The notes under the pieces: generated by a model
What the model was told of the DNA's origin: nothing
What the model saw: the letters and a program-made list of their open reading frames with translations, nothing else
Database searches by the model: none
Position numbers and translations under genes: made by a program
From: Candidatus Latescibacterota bacterium
GTDB lineage: Bacteria > Latescibacterota > UBA2968 > UBA8231
DNA: 64,000 nucleotides
Assembly: GCA_965203175.1 (NCBI GenBank)
Contig: OZ241867.1
Coordinates: 3,166,461 to 3,230,460 of the forward strand
Direction: 5' to 3'
Shown here: piece after piece, positions 26,645-37,144 of the stretch
Numbering within the stretch: the first letter of the stretch is position 1
How the letters are laid out: every line of letters begins with the position of its first letter

Positions 26645-27316
26645 TTAGCTCCTTGGAATAGGGTCGTAGGGTAAGGGATCGTCGGCACCCGCCCGGCGAA
26701 AGCCCGCCAAGCGCATGCGGCAACTCTCGCAGCGGCCACAGGCGAGGTCTTCGCGCTGATAGCAGGACCAGGTCAGGTGCAGGGGGGCGGCAAGCGCTAG
26801 GCCGCAGCGGATGATGGCGGCTTTGTCCCAGTCTATGAGCGGGGTCTGGATGCGCACTTGGGTTTGGGGGCTGGTACCAGCGGCGACCATGCGCTCGTAG
26901 GCGGTGAAAAATTCTCGCCGGCAGTCCGGGTAGTGGCTCTCGGCTTCGTGGGCACCGATGTAGATGTTGGTTGCGCCGATGACCTCGGCCCAAGCTACGG
27001 CCACGCCGAGTAGGTTGGCGTTGCGGAAGGGGACGTAGGTGGTGGGTAGGCCGGCTGTGGCGTCGTCTTCGGGGATAGGCTGGGTCGCATCGACCAAGCT
27101 GGAGCCGCCGATTTGGCGCATGTAATCGACGTCCACCACGAGGCGGGTCTCCACTTGGAAGTGATCCGCGAGGGCGGAAAACGCCATAAATTCGCGTTCC
27201 TCGGTGCGCTGGCGATAGCGCAGGTGGAGAAAGGCCAAGGGGCCGCGGCGGGCGGCAATGGCGGCGGTGACGCAGGAGTCGAGCCCACCGCTGACGAGGA
27301 CGATTCCGAGGCTCAA
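26645..27316 (-). CDS. queC: 7-cyano-7-deazaguanine synthase
   Basis: 223 aa from TTG 27316, which overlaps the upstream TGA in a TTGA arrangement. Motif IVLVSGGLDS and C-terminal zinc cysteines WSCY...ACGRCESC. Confidence 0.88.
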   Translation of the reverse strand: MSLGIVLVSGGLDSCVTAAIAARRGPLAFLHLRYRQRTEEREFMAFSALADHFQVETRLVVDVDYMRQIGGSSLVDATQPIPEDDATAGLPTTYVPFRNANLLGVAVAWAEVIGATNIYIGAHEAESHYPDCRREFFTAYERMVAAGTSPQTQVRIQTPLIDWDKAAIIRCGLALAAPLHLTWSCYQREDLACGRCESCRMRLAGFRRAGADDPLPYDPIPRS

Positions 27317-28518
27317 AGCAAGAGGATGACTTCGTTTTGGATGGGGGTTGTAACTTCTGGTCCAGTCTCTGGATCTACGTACACATTGACTTCGAGCCGC
27401 ACGCCGAACTCCGGCAGGTACGCGCCCGGCTCCACGGAAAAGCCCGTGCCCGGTAGGATCGACCGCGCGTCGTGGGTCTCTAGGTCGTCGAGGTTTACGC
27501 CTAGCGCGTGGATGCTCGGCCCCGGGCCGAGGCTGTGTCCCGTGCGGTGGACGAACTGCTCGCCCAAACCGTGTTCTGTCAGGATTTGGCGCGCCACTTG
27601 GTCGAGTTGCCAGCCCTGTAGCACTTCGCCGGCGCGCCACGCGGCGTCGAGCCGTTCCAACACTTGATCGCGCGCTTCGCGCACTGCGGCAAAGACCTCG
27701 GCGTGAGCCGCGGGCACGCGCGGGCCAGCAAAGGCGACCCAAGTCATGTCGCCAAACACGTGCTGCTCGCTAGGGTGGCGCGCCCACAGGTCGATGAGGA
27801 TCCAAGCGCCCGGCTCAATGGGGGCGGCCGTGTCCGCGCGCGGCTCGTAGTGCGGATTGCCGCTGTTGCCATTGACGCCGACGATCGGCGGATGCCCGCT
27901 GTCGAGGCCGCGCTGCTCCAGTTCGGCGACGATGAATGATTGGACATCGAACTCGGTGAGGCCGGTGTGGAGCTGGCTGCGGATGTGCTCAAAGGCTGCG
28001 TCCTTGACTTCGGCGACTTGGCGGCAGGCGTCGCGGTGCGAGGCGAGCGCGTCCGCGCTCCAAGTGGCCAAGGCGACTTGGCATAGATCGGCCGAAGACA
28101 CCACTTCGGGGCCGAGGGATCGCACCAGCTCTAAGGTGCCGCCATCGACCCAAGACACCGTGGGCAGCGTGCCCCCGGGCCAGTACTCCATGGCTACTTG
28201 TGGCAGTCCGCCCACCGCATCGCGCAACAGGGAGTGGAGCTGTTCCCAGCTAGCGTAATGAGCGATATCTATGCCCAGCCCGGCGAGGGCCTCCGGCTCG
28301 ACCGCCGAGCCGAGCAAGCGCGGCGCGCCTGCGGCTGGTACGATAAGAAAGACGCGTCGGGTCGTATGCTGTCGCTGGCCCAACAACTGCCACAAGACCG
28401 GATTGCCGCCGCGAAAATCGTACACTAGCCAAGCGCCGATTCCCTCCTGCTGCATATAGGCTTGTATTTTTTGTAGGTCCAATGAAACCCTCCTCAACCG
28501 CTCAGCCTTGCGCGGCAA
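27313..28518 (-). CDS. M24-family Xaa-Pro aminopeptidase-like metallopeptidase
   Basis: 401 aa. Pita-bread-fold motifs: ILIDLWA, HRTGHSLG, GTGFSVEPGAY. Confidence 0.78.
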   Translation of the reverse strand: MPRKAERLRRVSLDLQKIQAYMQQEGIGAWLVYDFRGGNPVLWQLLGQRQHTTRRVFLIVPAAGAPRLLGSAVEPEALAGLGIDIAHYASWEQLHSLLRDAVGGLPQVAMEYWPGGTLPTVSWVDGGTLELVRSLGPEVVSSADLCQVALATWSADALASHRDACRQVAEVKDAAFEHIRSQLHTGLTEFDVQSFIVAELEQRGLDSGHPPIVGVNGNSGNPHYEPRADTAAPIEPGAWILIDLWARHPSEQHVFGDMTWVAFAGPRVPAAHAEVFAAVREARDQVLERLDAAWRAGEVLQGWQLDQVARQILTEHGLGEQFVHRTGHSLGPGPSIHALGVNLDDLETHDARSILPGTGFSVEPGAYLPEFGVRLEVNVYVDPETGPEVTTPIQNEVILLL

Positions 28519-31255
28519 ACAACTGCTGCAAGTACGCGCCCGTGTGGGAGCCGGCCGCGTCGGCCACTTCCTCGGGGCGGCCGCAAGCTGTGATTGCCCC
28601 GCCAGCTTCTCCGCCTTCTGGCCCCAAGTCGATGACCCAGTCGGCGGCCGCGATGAATTCGATGTGATGTTCGACTACTACTACGGTATTGCCCTCGTCA
28701 ACTAAGCGCTGCAACAGCGCGAGCAGCAGGCGCACATCCTCCAAGTGCAGGCCCGAGGTCGGCTCGTCGAGGATGTAGAGCGCGTGATCTTGGCGCGAGC
28801 GCCCCAGTTCTGCTGCCAGCTTAACCCGCTGCGCTTCGCCGCCGGAAAAACTGGTCGCCGGTTGGCCGAGGTGCAAATAGCCCAAGCCCACTTCCGCGAG
28901 GGTTTCTAGCCGCTGCGCGACTTGGGGCACGGCCGCAAAAAGCGCGCTCGCCTCGGCCACGTTCATCTCCAGCACTTCGGCGATGTGGTGCTGGTGGAAG
29001 CGCACGTCCAAGACCTCGGCGCGGTAACGCCGTCCGCTGCAAGAGGGGCAGACGACTTCGAGGTCGTCGAATGCGCCTCGGCGCGTGCTGTGAACCCCCC
29101 GGCCCTTGCACAGGTCGCAGGCTCCCTCTGGGGCGTTGAAGCTGAAGTGGCCGGGCCGATAGCCCCGCAGGCGGGCTTCGGGCAGGTCGGCAAACAGGCG
29201 GCGAATCGGCGCTAGCAATCCCGTGTAGGTCGCCGCGTTCGAGCGCGCGCTGCGGCCGATGGGCCGCTGATCAACCGCGACGACGCGCGCCACCTGCTCG
29301 ATTCCAGTACAAGCGCTGTAGGGCAGGGGACGCCGCTGGGTGCCGTGCAGTTTGGCCGCCAAGAGCGGATGCAGGGTGTGGCTGACCAGCGAGCTTTTGC
29401 CCGATCCGGAAACCCCGGTTACGCAGGTCAAGGTTCCCAATGGCCATTTTACCTCGAGTTGGCGCAAGTTGTGGCCGCGGGCACCGGATAGTACTAACCA
29501 CCCCTGTGGCTGGCGCGCTTGGGTGCGCGGCAGTTGCAGCGTACCGCGTAGATAGCGTCCGGTCAGAGATTCGGCTGCGGCTACCTCGCTCGGCGTGCCC
29601 TCGGCTACGACCTGTCCTCCGGCGGTCCCCGCGCCCGGCCCCATATCGACCAGCCAGTCGGCCCCGCGCAAAAGTGCGGCGTCGTGTTCTATGAGGAACA
29701 CGGAGTTCCCAGCGTCGCGCAGTGTCCTGAGCGCGTCTAGGAGTTGGGCGGCGTCGCGCGCGTGCAAACCGGCGCTGGGTTCGTCGAGCACGTAGAGCAT
29801 CTGCGTGGTGCCCGACGACAGGGCGGACCCGAGGCGCAGCCGCTGAAATTCTCCACTCGACAGGGTGTCGGCGCGGCGGTTTAGCTGCAGGTATTCTAGT
29901 CCCAGCTCTTGCAACAGGTTAAGCCGGCGGTTGATCTGGCCGCGGATGGCCTCGCCCACCGGAGCTACTGCTGTAGGAAAGTCGAGGTTACTGAGCCACT
30001 CGGCCGCTGCGACAACCGCGCATTCGCCGACCGCGGCAATAGACGCTCCGCCCAATTCTACTGCGAGCGATTCGGGCCGTAAGCGCGCCCCGTCGCAGCT
30101 AGGGCACGGCGCGTCGTCGAGGCGTTCTTCCAGCCAGGCCAATTCCTCGCCTTCGGCTTTGGCACCGACGCGCTCCAGCCAGCGCGCTAGCCCGATGAAT
30201 CGGCGTCCCTGTCCGTGCCATAGCCGTTCGGCCGCTTGGTCCGGCCAGTCGCCTACGGGCTGTTCGGGATCGACTTGGTGCCGCTGGCAGAAGGATTGCA
30301 GGCGGTCGCGCAAATCGCCGTGCCCAAAGTCGTGCCATAGGGCCCCCAAGGCCCCTTCGAGCGTAGCCTGTCCACCGGCGAAGATCTGCTCGCTGCTCAA
30401 GCCGTTCTGCACTCCAAGGCCCCGGCACGTCGCGCAGGCTCCGGCCGCGCTATTGAAGGAAAACAGCGCGGGTTCTAGGGCTGGGAAGGGTGCGCCACAG
30501 GCCGAGCACGCTGGCCGCACGGCAAAAACTAGATCGCTTCCAGCGTCTGGAGTGGAAAGCACCACTTGGCCGTCGCCCGCTTCCAAAGCCGCTTGCAGCG
30601 ACCCTTGTAGGCGGCGCGCGATGCCCTTTTTGACGACGAGGCGATCGACGACCACGGACAGGTGCTGGGCGCGGGCAACGCGTTCGGGCGCGATGTCCTC
30701 TAGCAGCAGATCTTGTCCGTCGAGTCGCACGTGGCGGTAGCCAGCGCGATCAATCGCGGCGAGTACCTGCTCGGGCGTCTCGTCCTCCCGCGGGCGGCGC
30801 GGCGCGAGAATCATCAGGCGGGTGCCATCTGGCATGCTCGCAGCCGCTTCGTTTGCTTCCTCAAAGCGATGTGTCTGCACCTGCCCGCCGCAGTGGAGGC
30901 AGCTAGGCCGCCCAATGCGGGCGAAGAGCAGGCGCAACAGGTCGTACAAGCCGGAGAGGGTCGCTACTGTGGCTCGCGGACTCTGGTGGCCGGTTCCTCC
31001 GGCTAGCGCGAGAGCGGGGGCTAGGCCGTCGATATGGCGGGCCTTGGGCACGCGCAATGCGCGCCAGCCGCCTCCCTGATCCAGCGCCGCGAGAAAGCGC
31101 CGACGCGCTTCGGCGTAAATCGTGTCCAATACGAGGGAAGTCTTGCCCGATCCGGACGGGCCGCTGACGGCCACGAGGGATTCGTGGGGCAGGTCCAAGG
31201 AAACGGCGCGCAGATTGTGTTCGCAGGCATCCCGGACGACTAAAGTCGGCTGCAT
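28502..31255 (-). CDS. uvrA: UvrA-family excinuclease ABC subunit A-like ATPase (N-terminal half divergent)
   Basis: 917 aa. Two ABC modules ([23 protein letters not shown]; [13 protein letters not shown]), signature motifs [11 protein letters not shown] and [12 protein letters not shown], and Cys-pair zinc modules (CLHCGG, CSACG, CATCRG, CPSCDG, CDLCKG, CPSCSG). Confidence 0.75.
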   Translation of the reverse strand: MQPTLVVRDACEHNLRAVSLDLPHESLVAVSGPSGSGKTSLVLDTIYAEARRRFLAALDQGGGWRALRVPKARHIDGLAPALALAGGTGHQSPRATVATLSGLYDLLRLLFARIGRPSCLHCGGQVQTHRFEEANEAAASMPDGTRLMILAPRRPREDETPEQVLAAIDRAGYRHVRLDGQDLLLEDIAPERVARAQHLSVVVDRLVVKKGIARRLQGSLQAALEAGDGQVVLSTPDAGSDLVFAVRPACSACGAPFPALEPALFSFNSAAGACATCRGLGVQNGLSSEQIFAGGQATLEGALGALWHDFGHGDLRDRLQSFCQRHQVDPEQPVGDWPDQAAERLWHGQGRRFIGLARWLERVGAKAEGEELAWLEERLDDAPCPSCDGARLRPESLAVELGGASIAAVGECAVVAAAEWLSNLDFPTAVAPVGEAIRGQINRRLNLLQELGLEYLQLNRRADTLSSGEFQRLRLGSALSSGTTQMLYVLDEPSAGLHARDAAQLLDALRTLRDAGNSVFLIEHDAALLRGADWLVDMGPGAGTAGGQVVAEGTPSEVAAAESLTGRYLRGTLQLPRTQARQPQGWLVLSGARGHNLRQLEVKWPLGTLTCVTGVSGSGKSSLVSHTLHPLLAAKLHGTQRRPLPYSACTGIEQVARVVAVDQRPIGRSARSNAATYTGLLAPIRRLFADLPEARLRGYRPGHFSFNAPEGACDLCKGRGVHSTRRGAFDDLEVVCPSCSGRRYRAEVLDVRFHQHHIAEVLEMNVAEASALFAAVPQVAQRLETLAEVGLGYLHLGQPATSFSGGEAQRVKLAAELGRSRQDHALYILDEPTSGLHLEDVRLLLALLQRLVDEGNTVVVVEHHIEFIAAADWVIDLGPEGGEAGGAITACGRPEEVADAAGSHTGAYLQQLFAAQG

Positions 31256-31350
31256 TGTGCCCGTCTATTCGCGCATTTTACGGAAAACATAGGTGCATAA
31301 AACATAGGGTTCGGGTGTTGTACAATCCGAGAAGCAGACCGGCGTTTACA

Positions 31351-31379
31351 TTGACGATAAATCGCTTAGTCTGTATATT
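31351..31379 (+). promoter_or_regulatory. Near-consensus sigma70-type promoter for the TolC/MlaC/RND operon
   Basis: TTGACG (31351-31356), 17-nt spacer, TATATT (31374-31379), in a 215-nt AT-rich divergent spacer. Confidence 0.45.
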
Positions 31380-31470
31380 AACTTAACTATTTTTAACAAG
31401 TTATAAAAATGACGAATCCGCGCTATTATCGCGAATTCCGCCTCTTCCGCCGCTGAGATTTCCCACTGGC

Positions 31471-32838
31471 ATGCAAATTTGCACCCCCTTCTGGCTAGGG
31501 GTTTGGAGCCTCGCCATGTGCTTGCCCACCCTCCCGGCCCGCGCCCAAATGCCCGATAAGCACTGGACGCTGACTGAGCTTATCAACCGCGCCTTGGACC
31601 GCGATGGCGAGGTTGCGAGTGGCCGCTGGAAGGTCGAGTCGGCTGACGCGCGTCGCCGCCAAGCTGCGGCCGCTAAAATCCTCCCCCGCCTGCGCATCGA
31701 CAGCAAAAGTGGCCTAGTTCCAGACGCCATGGGCAGTGTGTTCAACCCGCCCGCCGATACCACGGGCCTCCGTTCCTTGGGCCCTTTTGCGCGCGCCGAG
31801 TTGCAATTTGTGCAGCCGCTCTATCCCTTTAGCCTCGGCCGCCATTTGAACGAGGCCGCTACCCGAGGGGTCGATGTGGAGCAGTCCGACCTGTCGCAGA
31901 CCCAGTTGGACGTGGCTTTTGCCGTCAAGGAGCTGTACTACGGACTGCTGTTGGCGCAAGACTTAGACGCCTTGGCGCGGCGCGTGAGCGATGAGCTAGC
32001 TAGCAGAGCCGAGGAGTTGGACGACGACCCCTCGCTCTCGTCGTCCGATCGCTACAAGCTGCGGCTGGCCCAGCTCGACTTGGCCGTGCAGCAGCGCGAG
32101 GTGGGCGATCAATTGGCCTTGGCGCGGTCGGCGCTGGCTTGGCGCACGGGCCTGCCCAGCGATGCGCCGCTCCTGCTCCGGGCCGAGCGACTCGCGCCGG
32201 TGGTAGTCTCGGTCCCGTCCCTAGACGATCTAATCGCACAGGCCCTCGACCTGCGGCCGGAATGGCGCAAGCTGCAAGCGGGCCTCGCCGCCAAACAGGC
32301 CCTCGCGCAAGCAGCCCGCGCCGCTTATCAGCCCCAAGTGTTTGTCAGCGGTGGCTTGCGCTACGCCGTGGCCCCTGGGCGCACCGATCAGCGGAATCCA
32401 TTTGTCAAAGACGAGTTCAACTTTTTCAACGGCGGCGTCTTCATCGGAGTGCGGCAATCCTTGGAATGGCACTTGTTGGCCGCGGATGTAGATAGGGCAC
32501 GCGCTGAATACCGCGCGCTCGAAGTGCGCGTACCGAGTGCGCAGGAGGGGATCCGCTTAGATGTCCGCCGCGCCTATTTGGACTATCGCCGCGCCGACCG
32601 CGATTTGCAAGATGCGCGCAAGAGTCGGCAATTGGCCCGGCAGTGGCTGCGGGAAGCCCGCGACGATTTTGAGTTCGACCCGCAGACCATCGGCGAATTG
32701 ATCGCCGCTTTTGAGACTTGGGCCCGCCGCGAACAAGCCCACGGCGAAGTGCTGTACGACTTCAACCTCAGCGTCGCCCGCCTCGAAAAGGCCACGGGCG
32801 GTCTCGAACTGATCCCACGCGATGATACAACTCCTTAG
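31471..32838 (+). CDS. TolC-family outer-membrane efflux channel
   Basis: 455 aa with a signal peptide. Two-fold repeat of long helical segments typical of OEP proteins (e.g. LTELINRALDRD..., LDDLIAQALDLRPEW...). Confidence 0.72.
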   Translation: MQICTPFWLGVWSLAMCLPTLPARAQMPDKHWTLTELINRALDRDGEVASGRWKVESADARRRQAAAAKILPRLRIDSKSGLVPDAMGSVFNPPADTTGLRSLGPFARAELQFVQPLYPFSLGRHLNEAATRGVDVEQSDLSQTQLDVAFAVKELYYGLLLAQDLDALARRVSDELASRAEELDDDPSLSSSDRYKLRLAQLDLAVQQREVGDQLALARSALAWRTGLPSDAPLLLRAERLAPVVVSVPSLDDLIAQALDLRPEWRKLQAGLAAKQALAQAARAAYQPQVFVSGGLRYAVAPGRTDQRNPFVKDEFNFFNGGVFIGVRQSLEWHLLAADVDRARAEYRALEVRVPSAQEGIRLDVRRAYLDYRRADRDLQDARKSRQLARQWLREARDDFEFDPQTIGELIAAFETWARREQAHGEVLYDFNLSVARLEKATGGLELIPRDDTTP

Positions 32839-34102
32839 CGCGGTCCTGTTGTTGGCGTTGGCCAACCCAAGCGACGGCAGGGCCGATGCGGCTTGGGCGA
32901 CGGCGGCCGTGGCGCGGCTGAATGCGCTGCCAGAGGCACCCAACAGCGAGCACGCCGACGGAGCCGACCGCTTAGTGCGCGAACACTTGGCCGTGGACGA
33001 GTTTGCTGCGGCGACTTTTGGCGACTATCTCGAAGAGTCGCTGGACGCATACCGGGGCTTGCTATCCGATCTGCGCTTTACACACCTCGTCGAGCACTAT
33101 CGCCGCCGACTAGCTAGAGCCTATCAGCACCGTCTCAGCGCCGACTTAGCCGCCCAACTCGCTTCTCCGGACTGGCGTGGCTTGCGCTTGGATAGCCTCG
33201 AAGTGAATGGCCAGCGGGGCCGTGCGCAGCTTCGCGCCTTGTTTGACACGCGCTCGCTCGGCGTGGAGGCCGACTTGATTTTCGCAGACGGAACTTGGAA
33301 AATCGCCGAGTTGAAGATCGACGGCAGGCTCGTCTCCAGCCACTATCGGCGTCGCTACCAGTCGCTGATCGACGGTGGCCATTCGCCGCCAGTAATGGAG
33401 GCCCAGCTCGCCGAGCGCGAATTCGTCGTTCTCGAGGACTTTGACGCTACTTGGGACGGGTCGCAGCCGATGGAGTGGGGGCCGTGGAAGAAAAAGGACC
33501 GGCTCAAACCCGTGCTCTATCGCGTAGAAGGCCGTCCTCGGCGCTACATGGCGGCGCGCGATTCGAGCCATTCGGTCATCTTGGGGAAATTCGTCCACTG
33601 GAATCCCCGCCAGTACCCGATTATGACTTGGTGCTGGCGGGCTGCGGCCTTGCCGCTGGGCGGCAACGAGTTTCTCGACGACGCCAACGACAGTGCAGCC
33701 GGCCTGTACGTCATCTTCTCTAAGAATTGGCTGGGAGTGCCCAAACAACTCAAATACGTGTGGAGCACGACCTTGCCCGAAGGCACGGTGGGGCGGCGCG
33801 ACAAGATATTCCGGCCTTGGTTTTTCGTCGTCGAAAGCGGCGCGGCCAACTTGGGCAAGTGGACCTTTGAGGTCGTTGACTTGGAAAAGCACCACCGAGA
33901 AAAGTTAGGCGGTCGGCCGGCTAAGCGCACCATTGGCTTGGGGCTGCTGACAGACGCCAACTCGACCCGTTCGTACGCCGAAGCGTACTACGCAGACTTG
34001 CGCGTGTGGACGCGCGAGGCTTTTGTCGGCGGGCGCGTTGTCAATCACTGCGGTGGACTTCCCGTCTCCAACGGCGAGTACTCAGGGGAGAATTCACAAT
34101 GA
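32822..34102 (+). CDS. Secreted fusion protein: MlaC/Ttg2D-like N-terminal half plus DUF3047-like C-terminal half
   Basis: 426 aa with a signal peptide. N-half ends in ...ADLIFADGTWKIAELKIDGRLVSSHYRRRYQSLI (MlaC-type ending). C-half contains FVHWNPRQYPIMTWCWRA...DSAAGLYVIF...KYVWSTTLPEG...LLTDANSTRS. Overlaps the tolC-like ORF by 17 nt. Confidence 0.55.
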   Translation: MIQLLSAVLLLALANPSDGRADAAWATAAVARLNALPEAPNSEHADGADRLVREHLAVDEFAAATFGDYLEESLDAYRGLLSDLRFTHLVEHYRRRLARAYQHRLSADLAAQLASPDWRGLRLDSLEVNGQRGRAQLRALFDTRSLGVEADLIFADGTWKIAELKIDGRLVSSHYRRRYQSLIDGGHSPPVMEAQLAEREFVVLEDFDATWDGSQPMEWGPWKKKDRLKPVLYRVEGRPRRYMAARDSSHSVILGKFVHWNPRQYPIMTWCWRAAALPLGGNEFLDDANDSAAGLYVIFSKNWLGVPKQLKYVWSTTLPEGTVGRRDKIFRPWFFVVESGAANLGKWTFEVVDLEKHHREKLGGRPAKRTIGLGLLTDANSTRSYAEAYYADLRVWTREAFVGGRVVNHCGGLPVSNGEYSGENSQ

Positions 34103-34737
34103 AAACGCTATGGTGCGCCGCGTGGGTCGTCTTATGCGTCGCGGCTGTTGCTAGTGCGGCCGACGATCCCGACGGTCCCATCGCCTTCCTCAAGAGTCAC
34201 GACGCCGAGGTGCAGGCCATACTCGCCGAGGCACCGGCCGACTCGCTGCCCCCGGCCGTGCGGGAAGAGATCAAGCAGCACATCAACGCGGCCTTTGACT
34301 TTCGGGAATTGAGCCGTCTCGCCTTGGGAGATCACTGGGCGGAGCGCTCCCCGGCCGAGCGCGACCACTTCGCCGAGACCTTCAGCAGCATCATCCGCGA
34401 GCAGAATTTCGACAGCTTCTCCCGTTACTACCGCGAGGGCGAGATCCGCTACGAGTCGGCTGAAGTGCAAGAAGACGCCGCCGTCGTCCAAGCGCTGGCA
34501 CCCGTGCGAGATGAGCAAATAGAGATCGAGTACAAGCTCCATCGGGTGGAGGGTGTGTGGCGGATATACGACTTGGTCATCGACGGCATCAGCACAGCCG
34601 AGGGCAACAGACGGCGCTATGCCCGCTACATCGAGAAAAATGGCTACGAGAAGCTGATCGTCCAGCTCGACAAGCAGTTGGCCCGCCTGCGCGAAGCGAT
34701 TCTCTCGCCGCCTTCAGGCGGTGCAACCGAGGATTAA
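34099..34737 (+). CDS. MlaC/Ttg2D-family periplasmic lipid-binding protein (HpnM-like)
   Basis: 212 aa from ATG 34099, in an ATGA overlap with the upstream stop. Signal peptide present. Motif: IEYKLHRVEGVWRIYDLVIDGISTAEGNRRRYARYI. Confidence 0.7.
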   Translation: MKTLWCAAWVVLCVAAVASAADDPDGPIAFLKSHDAEVQAILAEAPADSLPPAVREEIKQHINAAFDFRELSRLALGDHWAERSPAERDHFAETFSSIIREQNFDSFSRYYREGEIRYESAEVQEDAAVVQALAPVRDEQIEIEYKLHRVEGVWRIYDLVIDGISTAEGNRRRYARYIEKNGYEKLIVQLDKQLARLREAILSPPSGGATED

Positions 34738-34746
34738 CCCTCCGCC

Positions 34747-37140
34747 ATGCCCATAAGCCACCAGCGCTTGGTGCGCTACATCTACCACCACTACATCGGC
34801 ATAATTGCGCTGGCCACGATACTGTCGGTATTTGCCGGGTTCTTCGCTGCCAAGCTGGCCGGAAACATCAAGACCGACTTCGCCGACCTGCTGTCCGACG
34901 ACTACGTCAGCGTCCAGGAACTCAACCGCATCAAGGCCCGCATTGGCGGCATCGCTCCGCTGATGATCGTCATTACCAGCGACGATTTGGACGCGGCCGT
35001 TTCCTTCATGCAGGTCTTGGCCGATTCGCTCGAACACAGCTCGCTGATCAGCTCGGTGAGCCGCCTCGATAGCAAAAAGAATCTGCTCGAAAAAAACCGG
35101 CTGCTCTACATGGATTTAGAGGACCTGCGAGAAGTCAACCGCCGCCTCGATGAACACATAGAGTTGCAAAAGCTCAAGCAGTCGCCGCTCTACTTTGCCT
35201 TGGACGACGAGGAAGAGCAGGTGCTCGACTTTTCGGATATCGAGGCCAAGTACCAGCAGGATGGCGCGGTGGTCCCAGAGCAATATCGCCAGTACTTCAT
35301 CACAAAAGAGGGCAACGGCGTCATCCTCCGCCTCTATCCGGCCGGGCTTACCACGGATGTCGCCTTCTCGCAGGACCTGATCGACCATATTGACCAGACC
35401 ATTGCCGCCATCGGCCCGGAGCGCTTCCACCCGAGTATCGAATGCGTGTACAAAGGCAGTTTCCAAAATAGCGCCAACCAGTTCACGATTATTATCCGCG
35501 ACCTCAAGTCAACGGCCTTGTACAGCATTGTCGGCGTGCTGCTGCTCATCACCCTGTTCTTCCGCCAAGTAATAGGCTCGCTCTTCATCACCTTGCCGCT
35601 GCTGATGAGCCTGACTTGGACTTTTGGCGTCACCTACTTGGCCATCGGCAGCCTCAACATGATCACCGTGGGGCTGTTCGCCATCCTCTTTGGGTTGGGC
35701 ATTGACTTTGGCATTCACATCTTCGCCCGCTACCGCGAGGCCCACCGCCGAGGCATGGACATCGAACAGGCCCTGACCGTGACCGTCCGGTACACGGGCA
35801 AGGCCCTGGCGACGACAGCGGTCACTACCTCGATCGCCTTCTATTCGCTGCTGTTGACGGATTTTAAGGGCTTCTCGGAGTTCGGTTTTATCGTCGGCAC
35901 TGGCATCCTGTTCTCGCTGGTGGCCATGGTCGCGATATGCCCGGCCTTCATCGTCCTCGCCGAGCGCCTGCGGTTAGTTACCCCGATCCCCAAGCGCAGC
36001 GTCCTGTGGCGCACTGGTCGCTATCCAAAGCCTTGGGCCACCTTGCTGATAGGCACGGTGATCACTGGGTACTCGCTGTACCACCTCGGCGATTTGGAAT
36101 TTGAATACGACTTCAGCAAGCTCAAGCCCGCGCCGCCGCCCAACATCAACAAGGGCAGCCTGCCCCAGAGCCTGAAGGAAGGCCGCTCGCCGGCCATCGT
36201 CTTGACTGAAAGCTACGACGAGGCTATGGAGGTAGTTCGCACGGTCGAGGCCATCAAGGCTGCCAACGGCGACTCCTCCACGGTCCTCAATGTCAAGAGC
36301 GTGTACTCCGCACTGCCGCAAGACCAAGACGCCAAGCTGGCGCTCATCGCCAACATCCGCGCTTTACTCGACCGGGAAGAGGGCCTGTTTAGCGAGAGCG
36401 AACGGGCTAAACTGGACTCGCTGCGCCCGTACTTCGACGTGGAGAAGCTCACGCTCTACGACCTGCCCTCAGACTTGACCAATGAGTTCAAGGACAAGGA
36501 GGGCAACATCCTCAACTTCGTGGCGATCAACGCCTCGGTCGAGCTCAAGGACGGGAAAGACGCCATCCGCTTTGCCGAGGAAATCAGCCACATAGAAACG
36601 CCGACGGGCAAGACCTACATAGCCTCTAGTTCGCACATCATCGTCGCCGAGATGCTCAAGGTCATGCTCGAGGACAGCCCCCTCGCCGTGATCCTCACGC
36701 TCGTGGTCGTCGCGGTGGTGCTGCTCATCGACCTGCGAAGTTTCATCGATACCCTGCTGGTGCTCACGCCGCTGTTGAACGCCTTGGTGTGGGTTGTGGG
36801 CTTCATGTATGTGTTTGACATCAAGCTCAACCTCTACAACATGGTCGCCTTCCCGACGATCATCGGCATGGGCATTGACAACAGCGTCCACATCTTCCAC
36901 CGCTACCAAGAAGTCGGCCGTGGCTCGTTGCGATTGGTGTTGCGCACGACCGGGCTCGCGCTGTTGGCTACGTCGCTGACGACAATGGTCGGTTTCTCGG
37001 GATTGGTGCCAGCCATCCACCCGGCGCTCACGTCGATTGGCGTGCTCTCGCTGGTGGGATTGGGGTCTTGTTTTATCACGTCCGTCACTCTGCTGCCGGC
37101 CCTGCTGCAAATTCGCGAGCGCCGCACTGAGAAGCTCTAG
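34747..37140 (+). CDS. MMPL/HpnN-type RND-superfamily transporter
   Basis: 797 aa. Two 6-TM bundles, each following a large soluble domain. Motifs GLGIDFGIHIFARYRE and GMGIDNSVHIFHRYQE are typical of the MMPL/HpnN repeat. Confidence 0.75.
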   Translation: MPISHQRLVRYIYHHYIGIIALATILSVFAGFFAAKLAGNIKTDFADLLSDDYVSVQELNRIKARIGGIAPLMIVITSDDLDAAVSFMQVLADSLEHSSLISSVSRLDSKKNLLEKNRLLYMDLEDLREVNRRLDEHIELQKLKQSPLYFALDDEEEQVLDFSDIEAKYQQDGAVVPEQYRQYFITKEGNGVILRLYPAGLTTDVAFSQDLIDHIDQTIAAIGPERFHPSIECVYKGSFQNSANQFTIIIRDLKSTALYSIVGVLLLITLFFRQVIGSLFITLPLLMSLTWTFGVTYLAIGSLNMITVGLFAILFGLGIDFGIHIFARYREAHRRGMDIEQALTVTVRYTGKALATTAVTTSIAFYSLLLTDFKGFSEFGFIVGTGILFSLVAMVAICPAFIVLAERLRLVTPIPKRSVLWRTGRYPKPWATLLIGTVITGYSLYHLGDLEFEYDFSKLKPAPPPNINKGSLPQSLKEGRSPAIVLTESYDEAMEVVRTVEAIKAANGDSSTVLNVKSVYSALPQDQDAKLALIANIRALLDREEGLFSESERAKLDSLRPYFDVEKLTLYDLPSDLTNEFKDKEGNILNFVAINASVELKDGKDAIRFAEEISHIETPTGKTYIASSSHIIVAEMLKVMLEDSPLAVILTLVVVAVVLLIDLRSFIDTLLVLTPLLNALVWVVGFMYVFDIKLNLYNMVAFPTIIGMGIDNSVHIFHRYQEVGRGSLRLVLRTTGLALLATSLTTMVGFSGLVPAIHPALTSIGVLSLVGLGSCFITSVTLLPALLQIRERRTEKL

Positions 37141-37144
37141 CCCC

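Noticed and set aside
25010-26993. Alternative-frame and antisense ORFs 25010-25936 (+), 25014-25610 (-) and 25698-26993 (-) overlapping the DMFase-like gene and queC
   Set aside because: Their sequences are extremely Arg/Pro/Gly/Ala-rich, and they run across the queC/DMFase-like gene boundary. The annotated frames have clear family motifs.
31256-31350. SOS (LexA) box in front of the UvrA-like gene
   Set aside because: I found no CTGT-N8-ACAG, GAAC-N4-GTTC or RGTAC-N3-GTWC type palindrome. There is only a lone TGTACA.
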